Positions 7,101 through 14,130 of a stretch of 30,366 nt of DNA are shown piece by piece. The DNA is from an uncultured bacterium (GTDB lineage Bacteria; Acidobacteriota; Thermoanaerobaculia; Multivoradales; JAHZIX01). Both the position numbers and the translations under genes were made by a program. The stretch's first letter is position 1. Each line of letters opens with the position of its first letter. The stretch is from the NCBI GenBank assembly GCA_965368975.1, contig CBDUPA010000036.1, positions 1-30,366 of the forward strand. The letters run 5' to 3'. Under the pieces are notes generated by a model. The model did not search any database and was not told where the DNA came from. It saw only the letters and a program-made list of their open reading frames with translations.

Positions 7101-9038
7101 GCGCGCCGCTTGCGCATGCTGGACGTCGGGAGGAGTGCCGGCGCGGAGTCTGGGCAGCGGGCCCCGGTCGCGGTCGTGCTCGGCCGCTCGCCAGTGGAAG
7201 CCGCCGCCCTCACTGCTGTGCTCGCTTGCGGCGCCGCCTACCTACCGCTCGACCCCGCCGCGCCGCCCGCCCGCCGCGCCTTCCAGCTGCGCCAGGCCGG
7301 CGTGCGCGTGGGCCTGGCACCGGCGTCGGCGTGGCCAGAACTGCGGGCGCTGGAAGCTCGAGGAGCGCCGGTGGTCGAGTGGCTCGATCCGTCGCAGGTC
7401 GAGGTCGGGTGTGAGGTCGGGGCTGGGGACCGGGTCGAGGTCGAGGACGAGTTGGTCTCAGAGCTTGTCCGCGCGCCCGCGCCGCACCCCGAGCAACGCG
7501 CCTACGTCATCTATACCTCCGGTTCCACCGGCGAACCCAAGGGCGTCGAGGTGGTGCACCGAGGTCTGCTCGGCCTGTGCGCCTGGTATCGCGAGCACGG
7601 CCCCGGTCAGGGTCTCGGCCCTGGCGTGCGCGTGCCGCGCGTCGCCTCGCCCGCCTTCGACGCCTCGGTGCTCGACCTGTGGCCGGCGCTGAGTGCCGGG
7701 GCCGAGCTGCGCGTGGTGCCCGACGACGTTGCTCCCGACCCCGAGAAGCTGCGCGACTGGCTGTGCGCCGAGGGCATCGCTGTCGCCCACCTGCCGACCG
7801 CGCTGGCGGTGCCGCTGCTGAGCTTGCCGTGGCCCGCCGAGGCGCCGCTGCACACCCTGCTCACCGGCGGCGATCGCCTACCCGCGCGGCCGCCCGCCGG
7901 CCTGCCGTTCCGCCTGCTCAACAACTACGGCCCGACGGAGAACACGGTGCTCGCCACGTCGGGCGTGCAGTCGGTAGATGGTGCGCAGTCGATGAGAGTG
8001 GTGGTGCCGGACCTGGGCTATCCCCTGCCCGGCGTCGAAGTGCACCTGCTCGATCGCCACGACCAGCCCGTGCTGCCGGGAGCCGTCGGCGAGCTGGCTC
8101 TCGGCGGCAACTCCCTGGCCCGCGGTTACCTCGCTCGCCCCGCCCAGACCGCCGAGCGTTTCGTTCCGCACCCGTTCCCTTCCGAGTCCGCTTCCGTTGC
8201 CACCACTCTTCCCCAAGCGGGCGCCCGCCTCTACCGCACCGGCGACCGTGCCCGCCGCCGCGCCGACGGCCGGCTGGAGTTCCTCGGCCGCAGCGATCAC
8301 CAGCTCAAGCTGCGTGGCTATCGCGTCGAACCGGGGGAGATCGAAGCCCTGCTACGCAGCCAGGACGGCGTGCAGGACGCCGCCGTGCTCTTGCAGCGCG
8401 AGCAGGATGCCGCGCGCCTGGTCGCCTACCTGGAAGCGGCCTCCGGGCAGGGTGAGTGCCAGCTCGACGCCGCCGCGCTGCGTGCCACGCTGCTCGACCA
8501 GCTGCCGGCCTACATGGTGCCGGGGATCTATGTCATATTGGAGTCCTTACCGCGCACTGCCTCGGGCAAGATCGACCGGCCGGCGTTGCCGCCCCCGCAG
8601 CAAGACGACCTCAGCGCGGGCGCCGCCTCCGCCGCCTCGGCGCCGCCCGAGGGAGAGCTGGAACAACGCCTGGCCGAGCTGTGGCAGGAGTTGCTGGGAC
8701 TGGAAGCGGTCGGCCGCGACGCCGATTTCTTTGCCCTCGGTGGCCACTCCCTGCTCGCCGTGCAGTTGCTCGGTCGCGTGCGCGACGAATGGGGCGTCGA
8801 GCTGACCTTGCGGCAGCTGTTCCAAGCACCGACGCTCGCCAATCTAGCGACCCATCTAGCGGCCAATCTGGCGCCCAGCATGGCGGCGGACCCCGCGCTG
8901 CCCACGGTCGCTACCGAAGAAGATCCCATGAATGCCCTGCTCGCTGAGCTGGATGGCCTGTCGCCCGAAGAGGTCGAGGCGCGCATCCGAGAGCTGGAGT
9001 CCGAATTGTCCGACCTGCCATCCGAGGAAAACACCTGA
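4107..9038 (+). CDS. NRPS2: phosphotransferase (APH/choline-kinase-like) - beta-hairpin docking domain - C - A - T (1643 aa)
   Basis: One uninterrupted frame. Kinase motifs LIHTDFEPDN (His codon 4833) and IDFEHCG (Asp codon 4944); TubC_N-like segment about 5319-5480; C core HHIVSDA (5967); A motifs YTSGSTGEPKG, NNYGPTE, YRTGD, SGKIDR; T motif FFALGGHSL (Ser codon 8748). Confidence 0.93.
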   Translation: MSDRDLQLRQLEELARRALRAFGLEGGPAAPELTLLEHKANTTYRVRVARADGDRDYLLRLGAPGRYPPEVVASELRWLDACRRAGLPVQEPVQRPVRPDVDAMAAEAWVYVEDERCCTLTHWLPGRPLTAGAALETVATVEQTAEQTAEQTGELLARLHRVAEGFTPPPGFVRPKWTLERLLGPGAAEGNVVPVTVLAAGAVDLLPPSAQALLARAASEVRAAVADLEGQKTSGAAVWGLIHTDFEPDNLIVRSGQIVRSGHIVRSERKAETGELAAIDFEHCGFGYYLYDLGGALLALADRPDFPALRRALLDGYQRQRPLPPAQARHLDAFLLLRALYALRLLLIDSWHLPGTQDDAPRVVPYLLGGIRRTLQAIEASGSDDSLVAPAGAAGETLADDLAALSTVQFLGRLRRAGVQLRAEGEQLRFSAPKGALTPALREQLVARKPEVLTFLQQAAGSDDRLPPIEPRTWAVDGAVDGAEPPLSYAQQRMWFLDRLDPGSAAYNTPMALRVEGEVRLAALLATLDEIVRRHAVLRATFHTVAGPEGDRPQQRIAHRLRLPLRLVDLRALDVEARTATAAALRAADASRPFDLAGGPLIRVTVLRLGAAEHDLLLNLHHIVSDAWSGTILLREVSTLYGGATLPELEIQYPDYAAWQRRLVEERGGLEVEIDWWRQQLADLPPVLDLPLDRPRPSVADSAGQRLDVAFDAELSDSLRQLARDHGSTLFMALLSAWSGLLGRWSGQADFAIGSPVAGRERRELEELVGFFVNTLVLRCRLAPREVSTPSFLDLLARARSTALDAFSHQAVPFERLVEALQPSRQLDVSPLFQVFLVLQNVPAGSVRIPGVVLRRLPQVESSSPFDLSLNLEEREDAAGKLVLAGSVRYRRALFDVTTIRRLLGQLETLLRAVVADPEAPLARLPLLTAAECQQLLEVSVGAPSRGTAAASLVAQIAAQAVARPDAPAVTGALTGADTGADGETWSYRRLAAHAAALARRLRMLDVGRSAGAESGQRAPVAVVLGRSPVEAAALTAVLACGAAYLPLDPAAPPARRAFQLRQAGVRVGLAPASAWPELRALEARGAPVVEWLDPSQVEVGCEVGAGDRVEVEDELVSELVRAPAPHPEQRAYVIYTSGSTGEPKGVEVVHRGLLGLCAWYREHGPGQGLGPGVRVPRVASPAFDASVLDLWPALSAGAELRVVPDDVAPDPEKLRDWLCAEGIAVAHLPTALAVPLLSLPWPAEAPLHTLLTGGDRLPARPPAGLPFRLLNNYGPTENTVLATSGVQSVDGAQSMRVVVPDLGYPLPGVEVHLLDRHDQPVLPGAVGELALGGNSLARGYLARPAQTAERFVPHPFPSESASVATTLPQAGARLYRTGDRARRRADGRLEFLGRSDHQLKLRGYRVEPGEIEALLRSQDGVQDAAVLLQREQDAARLVAYLEAASGQGECQLDAAALRATLLDQLPAYMVPGIYVILESLPRTASGKIDRPALPPPQQDDLSAGAASAASAPPEGELEQRLAELWQELLGLEAVGRDADFFALGGHSLLAVQLLGRVRDEWGVELTLRQLFQAPTLANLATHLAANLAPSMAADPALPTVATEEDPMNALLAELDGLSPEEVEARIRELESELSDLPSEENT
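4529..4563 (+). repeat. 12-bp in-frame tandem repeat x3 (EQTA)
   Basis: cgagcagaccgc x2 followed by cgagcagaccg. Confidence 0.9.
4860..4908 (+). repeat. 18-bp in-frame tandem repeat x~3 (IVRSGQ/IVRSGH/IVRSE)
   Basis: attgtccggagcg recurs at 4860, 4878 and 4896. Confidence 0.9.
5319..5480 (+). other. TubC_N-like beta-hairpin docking domain, in an internal position
   Basis: LSTVQFLGRLRRAGVQLRAEGEQLRFSAPKGALTPALREQLVARKPEVLTFL matches the TubC N-terminal docking pattern (GxxLxxxGxxLxxxAPxGxLTxxLxxxLxxxKxExxxxL). Confidence 0.85.
8841..8876 (+). repeat. Degenerate 12-bp tandem repeat x3 (NLAT/HLAA/NLAP)
   Basis: aatctagcgacc catctagcggcc aatctggcgccc. Confidence 0.75.
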
Positions 9039-9042
9039 GGAG
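9037..9042 (+). promoter_or_regulatory. Shine-Dalgarno (GAGGAG) for the ABC permease
   Basis: tGAGGAGaagatcATG, with ATG at 9049. Confidence 0.7.
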
Positions 9043-9048
9043 AAGATC

Positions 9049-11517
9049 ATGGAGAACCTGTCGCAGGATATCCGCTTCGCCGTGCGAAGCCTGCTGAAGA
9101 CACCACGCTTGACCCTAGCCGCCGTGGCTTGTATCGCCATCGGCATCGGTGCCACGGTGTCGGTGCTCACGCTGATCAACGGTTTCCTACTCGGTGCTGG
9201 TCCCTATCCGGGGGCCGACCGGCTGGTGCGCGTGTGGTCGACCACCGATCCGGAAACACCGCGCTGGGACATCTCCTACCTGGACTACCAGGATGTCAAG
9301 CAGCAGTCGCAGTCCTTCGAGGCACTCGAAGCAGCCCTGCGCGCGCGCTTTGGGGCGCGCACCGAGGATGGCACCCAGCGCCTGCGCGGCGAGGCGGTGA
9401 CGACCGGGTACTTCGACCTGCTCGGTATGAAGCCGGCGGTCGGTCGGCTGTTCTCGGCCGACGAGTACCAGGCCGACGCCGCCCCCGTGATGCTGATCAG
9501 CGACCGCCTGTGGCGCGAAGACTTCGGCGCCGATCCGAACGTGCAGGGTGAGACGCTGCTGGCGCGCTCCGTGTGGGCGCCACCCGACGCGCCGGAAGTG
9601 CCGTTCACCATCGTCGGCGTGCTGCCGGCCGGTTTCACCGGTTCGATCGAAGACGACGTTGCTGACTTCTGGCTGCCGGTGGAGCAGTTCGAGCCGCGCG
9701 CCTTCCTGAGCGATCGCACGCAGGAGTACGCCTGGCTGCTCGGTCGCCTGAAGGCCGGAGTGTCTTTCGAGGCGGCGGCCGAGGAGGTGGCGCAGCTGGG
9801 AGTGTCACTCAACGAGGCCTACCCGGAGCGCGGCGACGGCAAGTTCCAGCTGTGGCTCGAGCCGTTCGCCGAGAACTGGCGCAGCGAGATCCGCCAGGGT
9901 CTCTACCTGCTGCTCGCCGCCTCGGCGCTGCTGCTGCTGATCGCCTGCACCAACATCGCCAACCTGCTGCTGGCACGCCTGGCGCGCCGCGAGAGCGAGC
10001 TGTCGCTGCGCCGCATTCTGGGTGCTCGCTCGGGCCGCATTCTGCGTCAGCTGCTCACCGAGAGTCTGATGCTGGCGGTTACCGGTGGTGCCATCGGCCT
10101 GTTGCTGGCGCATTGGGGCATTCGCGGCTATCTGCGGGTGGCCAACTTCGAGGTGCCGGAGTACGTCGACGTCTCGCTTGACCTGCGCCTGGTCGTGCTG
10201 GCGGTGCTGCTGACCGCCGGCACCGGCGTGCTGTTCGGCGTGCTACCGGCTTGGGTCGGCTCGCGCGTGGCACCGGCGCAGCAGGTACGTGAGACCGGCC
10301 GCGGTTCGATGACCGGCCGCCGGCAGGCGCGCTTCGGTCGCTGGCTGGTGATCGGCGAAGTGGCCCTGACCTTCATGCTGCTGGTGTCCGCCGGCCTGAT
10401 GCTGCGCTCCTACCAGCAGCTGGCGAACGTCGACGTCGGCTACCGCACCGACAACTTCCAGCGCATGAGCGTGACGCTCAACCGCGTCGACATGCCGGCG
10501 CCGCCGGATTGGAATACCTTCGCCGACGAGGCACGGCGCACCCTGGAGGCGCGCTCGGACGTCGAGGCGGTGACCACGGTGGCCGGCATGCTGCCGCCGT
10601 TCGAAGACTTCCCGGCCGACGTCCAACTGCCGGATGCCGAGGAACCGCTGCGCGGCGTCACCCGCCACAGCATCGATCCATACTTCTTCGACACCCTCGA
10701 TATCGGCGTGTTGTTCGGGCGCAGCGTGCGCGACAGCGACGCCGCGGGCTCGACGCGGGTAGCGGTGCTCAGCCGTTCGCTGGCGCGTCGCCTCACCGGT
10801 GGCGACGCCGTCGACATGCTGTCGCAAGAGATGCGCTTCGTCATGAACCCGCGCACCGGTGACCTGTCGCCGCCGTTCACCGTCGTCGGCGTGGTCGAGG
10901 ACGTCAAGTGGGCCGGTCCGCGCACCGAGCGCGCCAACCCCTACGACATCTACCTGTCGCGCTACCAGATGCCGATGTTCGTCCTCTCTTTCGGCGTCGC
11001 CACGAACGTCGACCCGCGTAGCATTGACCTGTCGCTGCGCAAGGAGGTCGGTCGCCTGGCACCCACCTCGCCGGTGCACTGGGTGTCGAACATGGAGCAG
11101 GAGCTGGCCGACGCCTATGCCGACTCGCGCTTCTACGCCTCGCTGTTCGGTGTCTACTCGGCCTGTGCCGTGCTGCTCGCCATCATCGGCATCTACGGCC
11201 TGCTGTCCTACAGCGTGGTCAGCCGCTACGGCGAACTGGGCATGCGCATGGCGATTGGTGCCCAGGGCGGCGACATCCTTAGCCTGGTGCTGCTGCAAGG
11301 GCTGCGCACGGTGGGCATCGGCCTGTTGCTCGGCCTGGTCGGCGCCTTCGCCACTGCGCGCTTGCTGTCCAGTCAGCTCTACGGCATCACCGTGCGCGAC
11401 CCGTGGACCTTCGGCGCCGTGCTCGGCGGTTTGCTGCTGCTATCGCTGATCGCCTGCCTGCTGCCGGCGTTGCGCGCCACGCGCGTCGATCCCGTCAACG
11501 CCTTGCGTCAGGATTGA
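9049..11517 (+). CDS. ABC transporter permease, duplicated MacB-periplasmic/FtsX type (ADOP-like), 822 aa
   Basis: N-terminus MENLSQDIRFAVRSLLKTP, LLLIACTNIANLLLAR, LGARSGRILRQLLTES, ELGMRMAIGA, C-terminus LPALRATRVDPVNALR. It has two sets of hydrophobic helices separated by soluble domains. The start is moved from 8932 to ATG 9049. Confidence 0.92.
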   Translation: MENLSQDIRFAVRSLLKTPRLTLAAVACIAIGIGATVSVLTLINGFLLGAGPYPGADRLVRVWSTTDPETPRWDISYLDYQDVKQQSQSFEALEAALRARFGARTEDGTQRLRGEAVTTGYFDLLGMKPAVGRLFSADEYQADAAPVMLISDRLWREDFGADPNVQGETLLARSVWAPPDAPEVPFTIVGVLPAGFTGSIEDDVADFWLPVEQFEPRAFLSDRTQEYAWLLGRLKAGVSFEAAAEEVAQLGVSLNEAYPERGDGKFQLWLEPFAENWRSEIRQGLYLLLAASALLLLIACTNIANLLLARLARRESELSLRRILGARSGRILRQLLTESLMLAVTGGAIGLLLAHWGIRGYLRVANFEVPEYVDVSLDLRLVVLAVLLTAGTGVLFGVLPAWVGSRVAPAQQVRETGRGSMTGRRQARFGRWLVIGEVALTFMLLVSAGLMLRSYQQLANVDVGYRTDNFQRMSVTLNRVDMPAPPDWNTFADEARRTLEARSDVEAVTTVAGMLPPFEDFPADVQLPDAEEPLRGVTRHSIDPYFFDTLDIGVLFGRSVRDSDAAGSTRVAVLSRSLARRLTGGDAVDMLSQEMRFVMNPRTGDLSPPFTVVGVVEDVKWAGPRTERANPYDIYLSRYQMPMFVLSFGVATNVDPRSIDLSLRKEVGRLAPTSPVHWVSNMEQELADAYADSRFYASLFGVYSACAVLLAIIGIYGLLSYSVVSRYGELGMRMAIGAQGGDILSLVLLQGLRTVGIGLLLGLVGAFATARLLSSQLYGITVRDPWTFGAVLGGLLLLSLIACLLPALRATRVDPVNALRQD

Positions 11518-11526
11518 GGTCTACTG

Positions 11527-14130
11527 ATGAGTGCCATTCCCAAGAACGACTCCAAGAACGACACCGCAAAGCCGAATAAGGCCAATGCGGCGAAGCCGAG
11601 AAAAGGCTGCCTGCGCCGGATCTTCCATTTCGTCCTGATCGCCGGCCTGGTGCTGGTCGTCGTACTGATCGGTGCCTGGTTGTGGGGCCGTAGCAAGCTC
11701 GCGGGCAGCCTGGCGCAGCTCGACGGCAGCGCCGACCTACCCGGCCTGACGGCACCGGTGAGCGTCGAACGCGACGCGCTCGGCGTGCCGGTGATCCGTG
11801 CCGCCAGCCGTCTCGACGCGGCGCGTGCCCTGGGCTACCTGCATGCCCAGGAGCGCTTTTTCCAGATGGACCTGGCTCTGCGCCGGCGCAGCGCCGGGGA
11901 AGTGAGCATGCTGACCGGTGAGCGTAATCTCGGCTGGGATCGTGAGCAACGCGTTCACCGCTTCCGTGACCTGGCGCAGCGCACGCTGGCCGCATTGCCA
12001 GAGGAGCAACGCCAACTGCTCGACGCCTACACGCGCGGCGTCAACGCGGGGCTCGAAGCCCTCGACGAACCGCCGTTCGAGTACATGATCCTGGGCGTCG
12101 AACCACAGCCGTGGAAGGCCGAGGACAGCCTGATCAGCGCCATGACCATGTTCCTGGCGCTGCAGGGCTTCACCCGCGACTACGAGCAAGCCCTCGGCCT
12201 GATGGCCGACACGCTCGAGCCGGCCTGGTTCGACTACCTGGCGCCCTGGGGCACCTCCTGGGACGCGCCGATGATGGCGGATACACAGGCGCCACTGGCG
12301 GATTCGCCGGCGGATGCGGCGCTGCAGCCGGGGCCGATCCCACCGTACGCGCCGGGTGCCGCTCCGGAAGAGCCGGAGCTGGAGAAGGTTGCCCGCTTCA
12401 CCCGTGGAAACCACCTGGCCAGCGGGCCCTCGTTCGCTCGCTCGATGGCGGGCCTGGTGCAGGCCCAAGCTCCCGTCGGCGGCAGCAATGCCTGGACGCT
12501 GTCCGACGCGCTGACCACGATCGATGGCGCGCTGCTCGCCAACGACGTCCACCTGCCGATCGACCTGCCCAACTTCTGGTACCGCGCCAGCCTGGTGTGG
12601 CCGGCGGCCGATGGCGGCGAGCATCGCGTCAGCGGGGCCACGCTGCCCGGCCTGCCGCTGGTGGTGATCGGCAGCAACGGTCATGTCGCTTGGGGTTTCA
12701 CCAGCGCGCTGATCGATGCTTCGGACCTGGTGCAGCTGGACCTTCTGCCGTCCGCGGACGGCGGCGAGGAACAGTACTTGACGCCGGACGGTCCCGAAGC
12801 CTTCAGCTATCACACCGAGGTGGTCGAGCCGGCCGACGGCGAGCCGGTGGAGGTCGACGTGCGCTGGACCCGCTGGGGACCGGTGGTCGGCGAAGACCAC
12901 GCCGGTCGCCTGCTGGCGCAGCGCTGGGTGGTGCACGAGCCGGGGGCGCTCGACCTCGACCTGATGGGGATGGAGACCGCGACGACGGTCGAGCAAGCCC
13001 TGGTGGTGGCGCACGAAAGCGGCCTGCCGGCGCAGAACTTCCACGTCGTCGATCGCGACGGCCACACCGCCTGGACCATCATCGGCCGGCTGCCCGAACG
13101 CGTTGAAGGATTCGACGGCCGGCTGCCCAGCAGTTGGAGCGACGGCAGCCGTGGCTGGCTCGGCCTGCTACCACCCGAGCGCGTGCCGGTGATCCGGGAT
13201 CCCGAAGACGGCCGTCTGTGGTCGGCCAACAACCGCACCGTCAGTGGCGAGGCGTTGGCCCTGCTCGGCGACGGCGGCTATCGCCTGGGCGCCCGCGCCG
13301 GCCAGATCCGCGATGTCCTCTACGCCCACACGACGGCCAGCGTCGACGATCAGCACGCGCTGCAGCTCGACAACCGGCCGCTGTTGATGGAGCGCTGGCG
13401 CACCCTGCTGCTCGACCTGCTGACCGACGAGGCGGTGGCCGACAAGCCGCGCTGGCAAGAGCTGCGGCGCGTCGTGAGCGACGAGTGGAGCGGTCGCGTA
13501 GAGCCCGGTTCGGCCTCCTACCGCCTGGTGCGGGGCTTCCGCGCCTTCGCCGTGCGTGCGCTCGCCGGGCACCTGCTCGCCGCCACCGTGGAGGTCGACG
13601 AGCAGTTCGAGTACTGGCTGTGGATGGGGCAGTACGAAGGGCCGCTGTGGCAGCTGATCGAGCAGCGACCGGCGTACCTGTTGCCACCGGATCAGCCGTC
13701 CTGGGACGCCTGGCTGCTGAGCGGCGTCGAGGGCATGTTCGGCTTCTACGAGCAGCTGGGTCTGGGCGAAGTGCCGGTAGCTGAGCTGACCTGGGGCGAG
13801 GGCCCGATGTGGCGCATTCCGCACGTGCTGGTCAGCGGCTTCCCGCCGGCCATGCTGGTACTCAGCCTGCCGGCACCCAGCGTGCTGGGCGACGACGACA
13901 TGCCGCTGGTGCTGCGTCCGGGCCTCGGCCCGAGCCTGCGCATGGTGGTGTCTCCCGGCCACGAAGAGGAAGGCATCTTCACCATGCCCGGGGGCCAGAG
14001 TGGTCATCCGATGTCGCCGCATTGGGGCGACCACCACGAAGCCTGGGCGGCGGGGCAGACATCGCCCTTCCTGCCCGGGGACGCGGTCCACACGCTGATC
14101 CTCGAGCCCGCACCCGCCAACGATGGCTGA
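11527..14130 (+). CDS. Penicillin acylase family protein (Ntn hydrolase, peptidase S45), N-terminally membrane anchored
   Basis: Basic stretch followed by the hydrophobic helix IFHFVLIAGLVLVVVLIGAWLW; ERDALGVPVI, GYLHAQERFFQMD; beta-subunit start G|SNAW (Ser codon 12484); LLANDVHL, GSNGHVAWGFT, SANN, PGGQSGHPMSPHWGD. A GAGGT RBS lies at 11516-11520. Confidence 0.93.
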   Translation: MSAIPKNDSKNDTAKPNKANAAKPRKGCLRRIFHFVLIAGLVLVVVLIGAWLWGRSKLAGSLAQLDGSADLPGLTAPVSVERDALGVPVIRAASRLDAARALGYLHAQERFFQMDLALRRRSAGEVSMLTGERNLGWDREQRVHRFRDLAQRTLAALPEEQRQLLDAYTRGVNAGLEALDEPPFEYMILGVEPQPWKAEDSLISAMTMFLALQGFTRDYEQALGLMADTLEPAWFDYLAPWGTSWDAPMMADTQAPLADSPADAALQPGPIPPYAPGAAPEEPELEKVARFTRGNHLASGPSFARSMAGLVQAQAPVGGSNAWTLSDALTTIDGALLANDVHLPIDLPNFWYRASLVWPAADGGEHRVSGATLPGLPLVVIGSNGHVAWGFTSALIDASDLVQLDLLPSADGGEEQYLTPDGPEAFSYHTEVVEPADGEPVEVDVRWTRWGPVVGEDHAGRLLAQRWVVHEPGALDLDLMGMETATTVEQALVVAHESGLPAQNFHVVDRDGHTAWTIIGRLPERVEGFDGRLPSSWSDGSRGWLGLLPPERVPVIRDPEDGRLWSANNRTVSGEALALLGDGGYRLGARAGQIRDVLYAHTTASVDDQHALQLDNRPLLMERWRTLLLDLLTDEAVADKPRWQELRRVVSDEWSGRVEPGSASYRLVRGFRAFAVRALAGHLLAATVEVDEQFEYWLWMGQYEGPLWQLIEQRPAYLLPPDQPSWDAWLLSGVEGMFGFYEQLGLGEVPVAELTWGEGPMWRIPHVLVSGFPPAMLVLSLPAPSVLGDDDMPLVLRPGLGPSLRMVVSPGHEEEGIFTMPGGQSGHPMSPHWGDHHEAWAAGQTSPFLPGDAVHTLILEPAPANDG

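Noticed and set aside
8932-9048. N-terminal extension of the permease ORF
   Set aside because: It overlaps the end of NRPS2. The family-typical N-terminus begins at ATG 9049 after GAGGAG.
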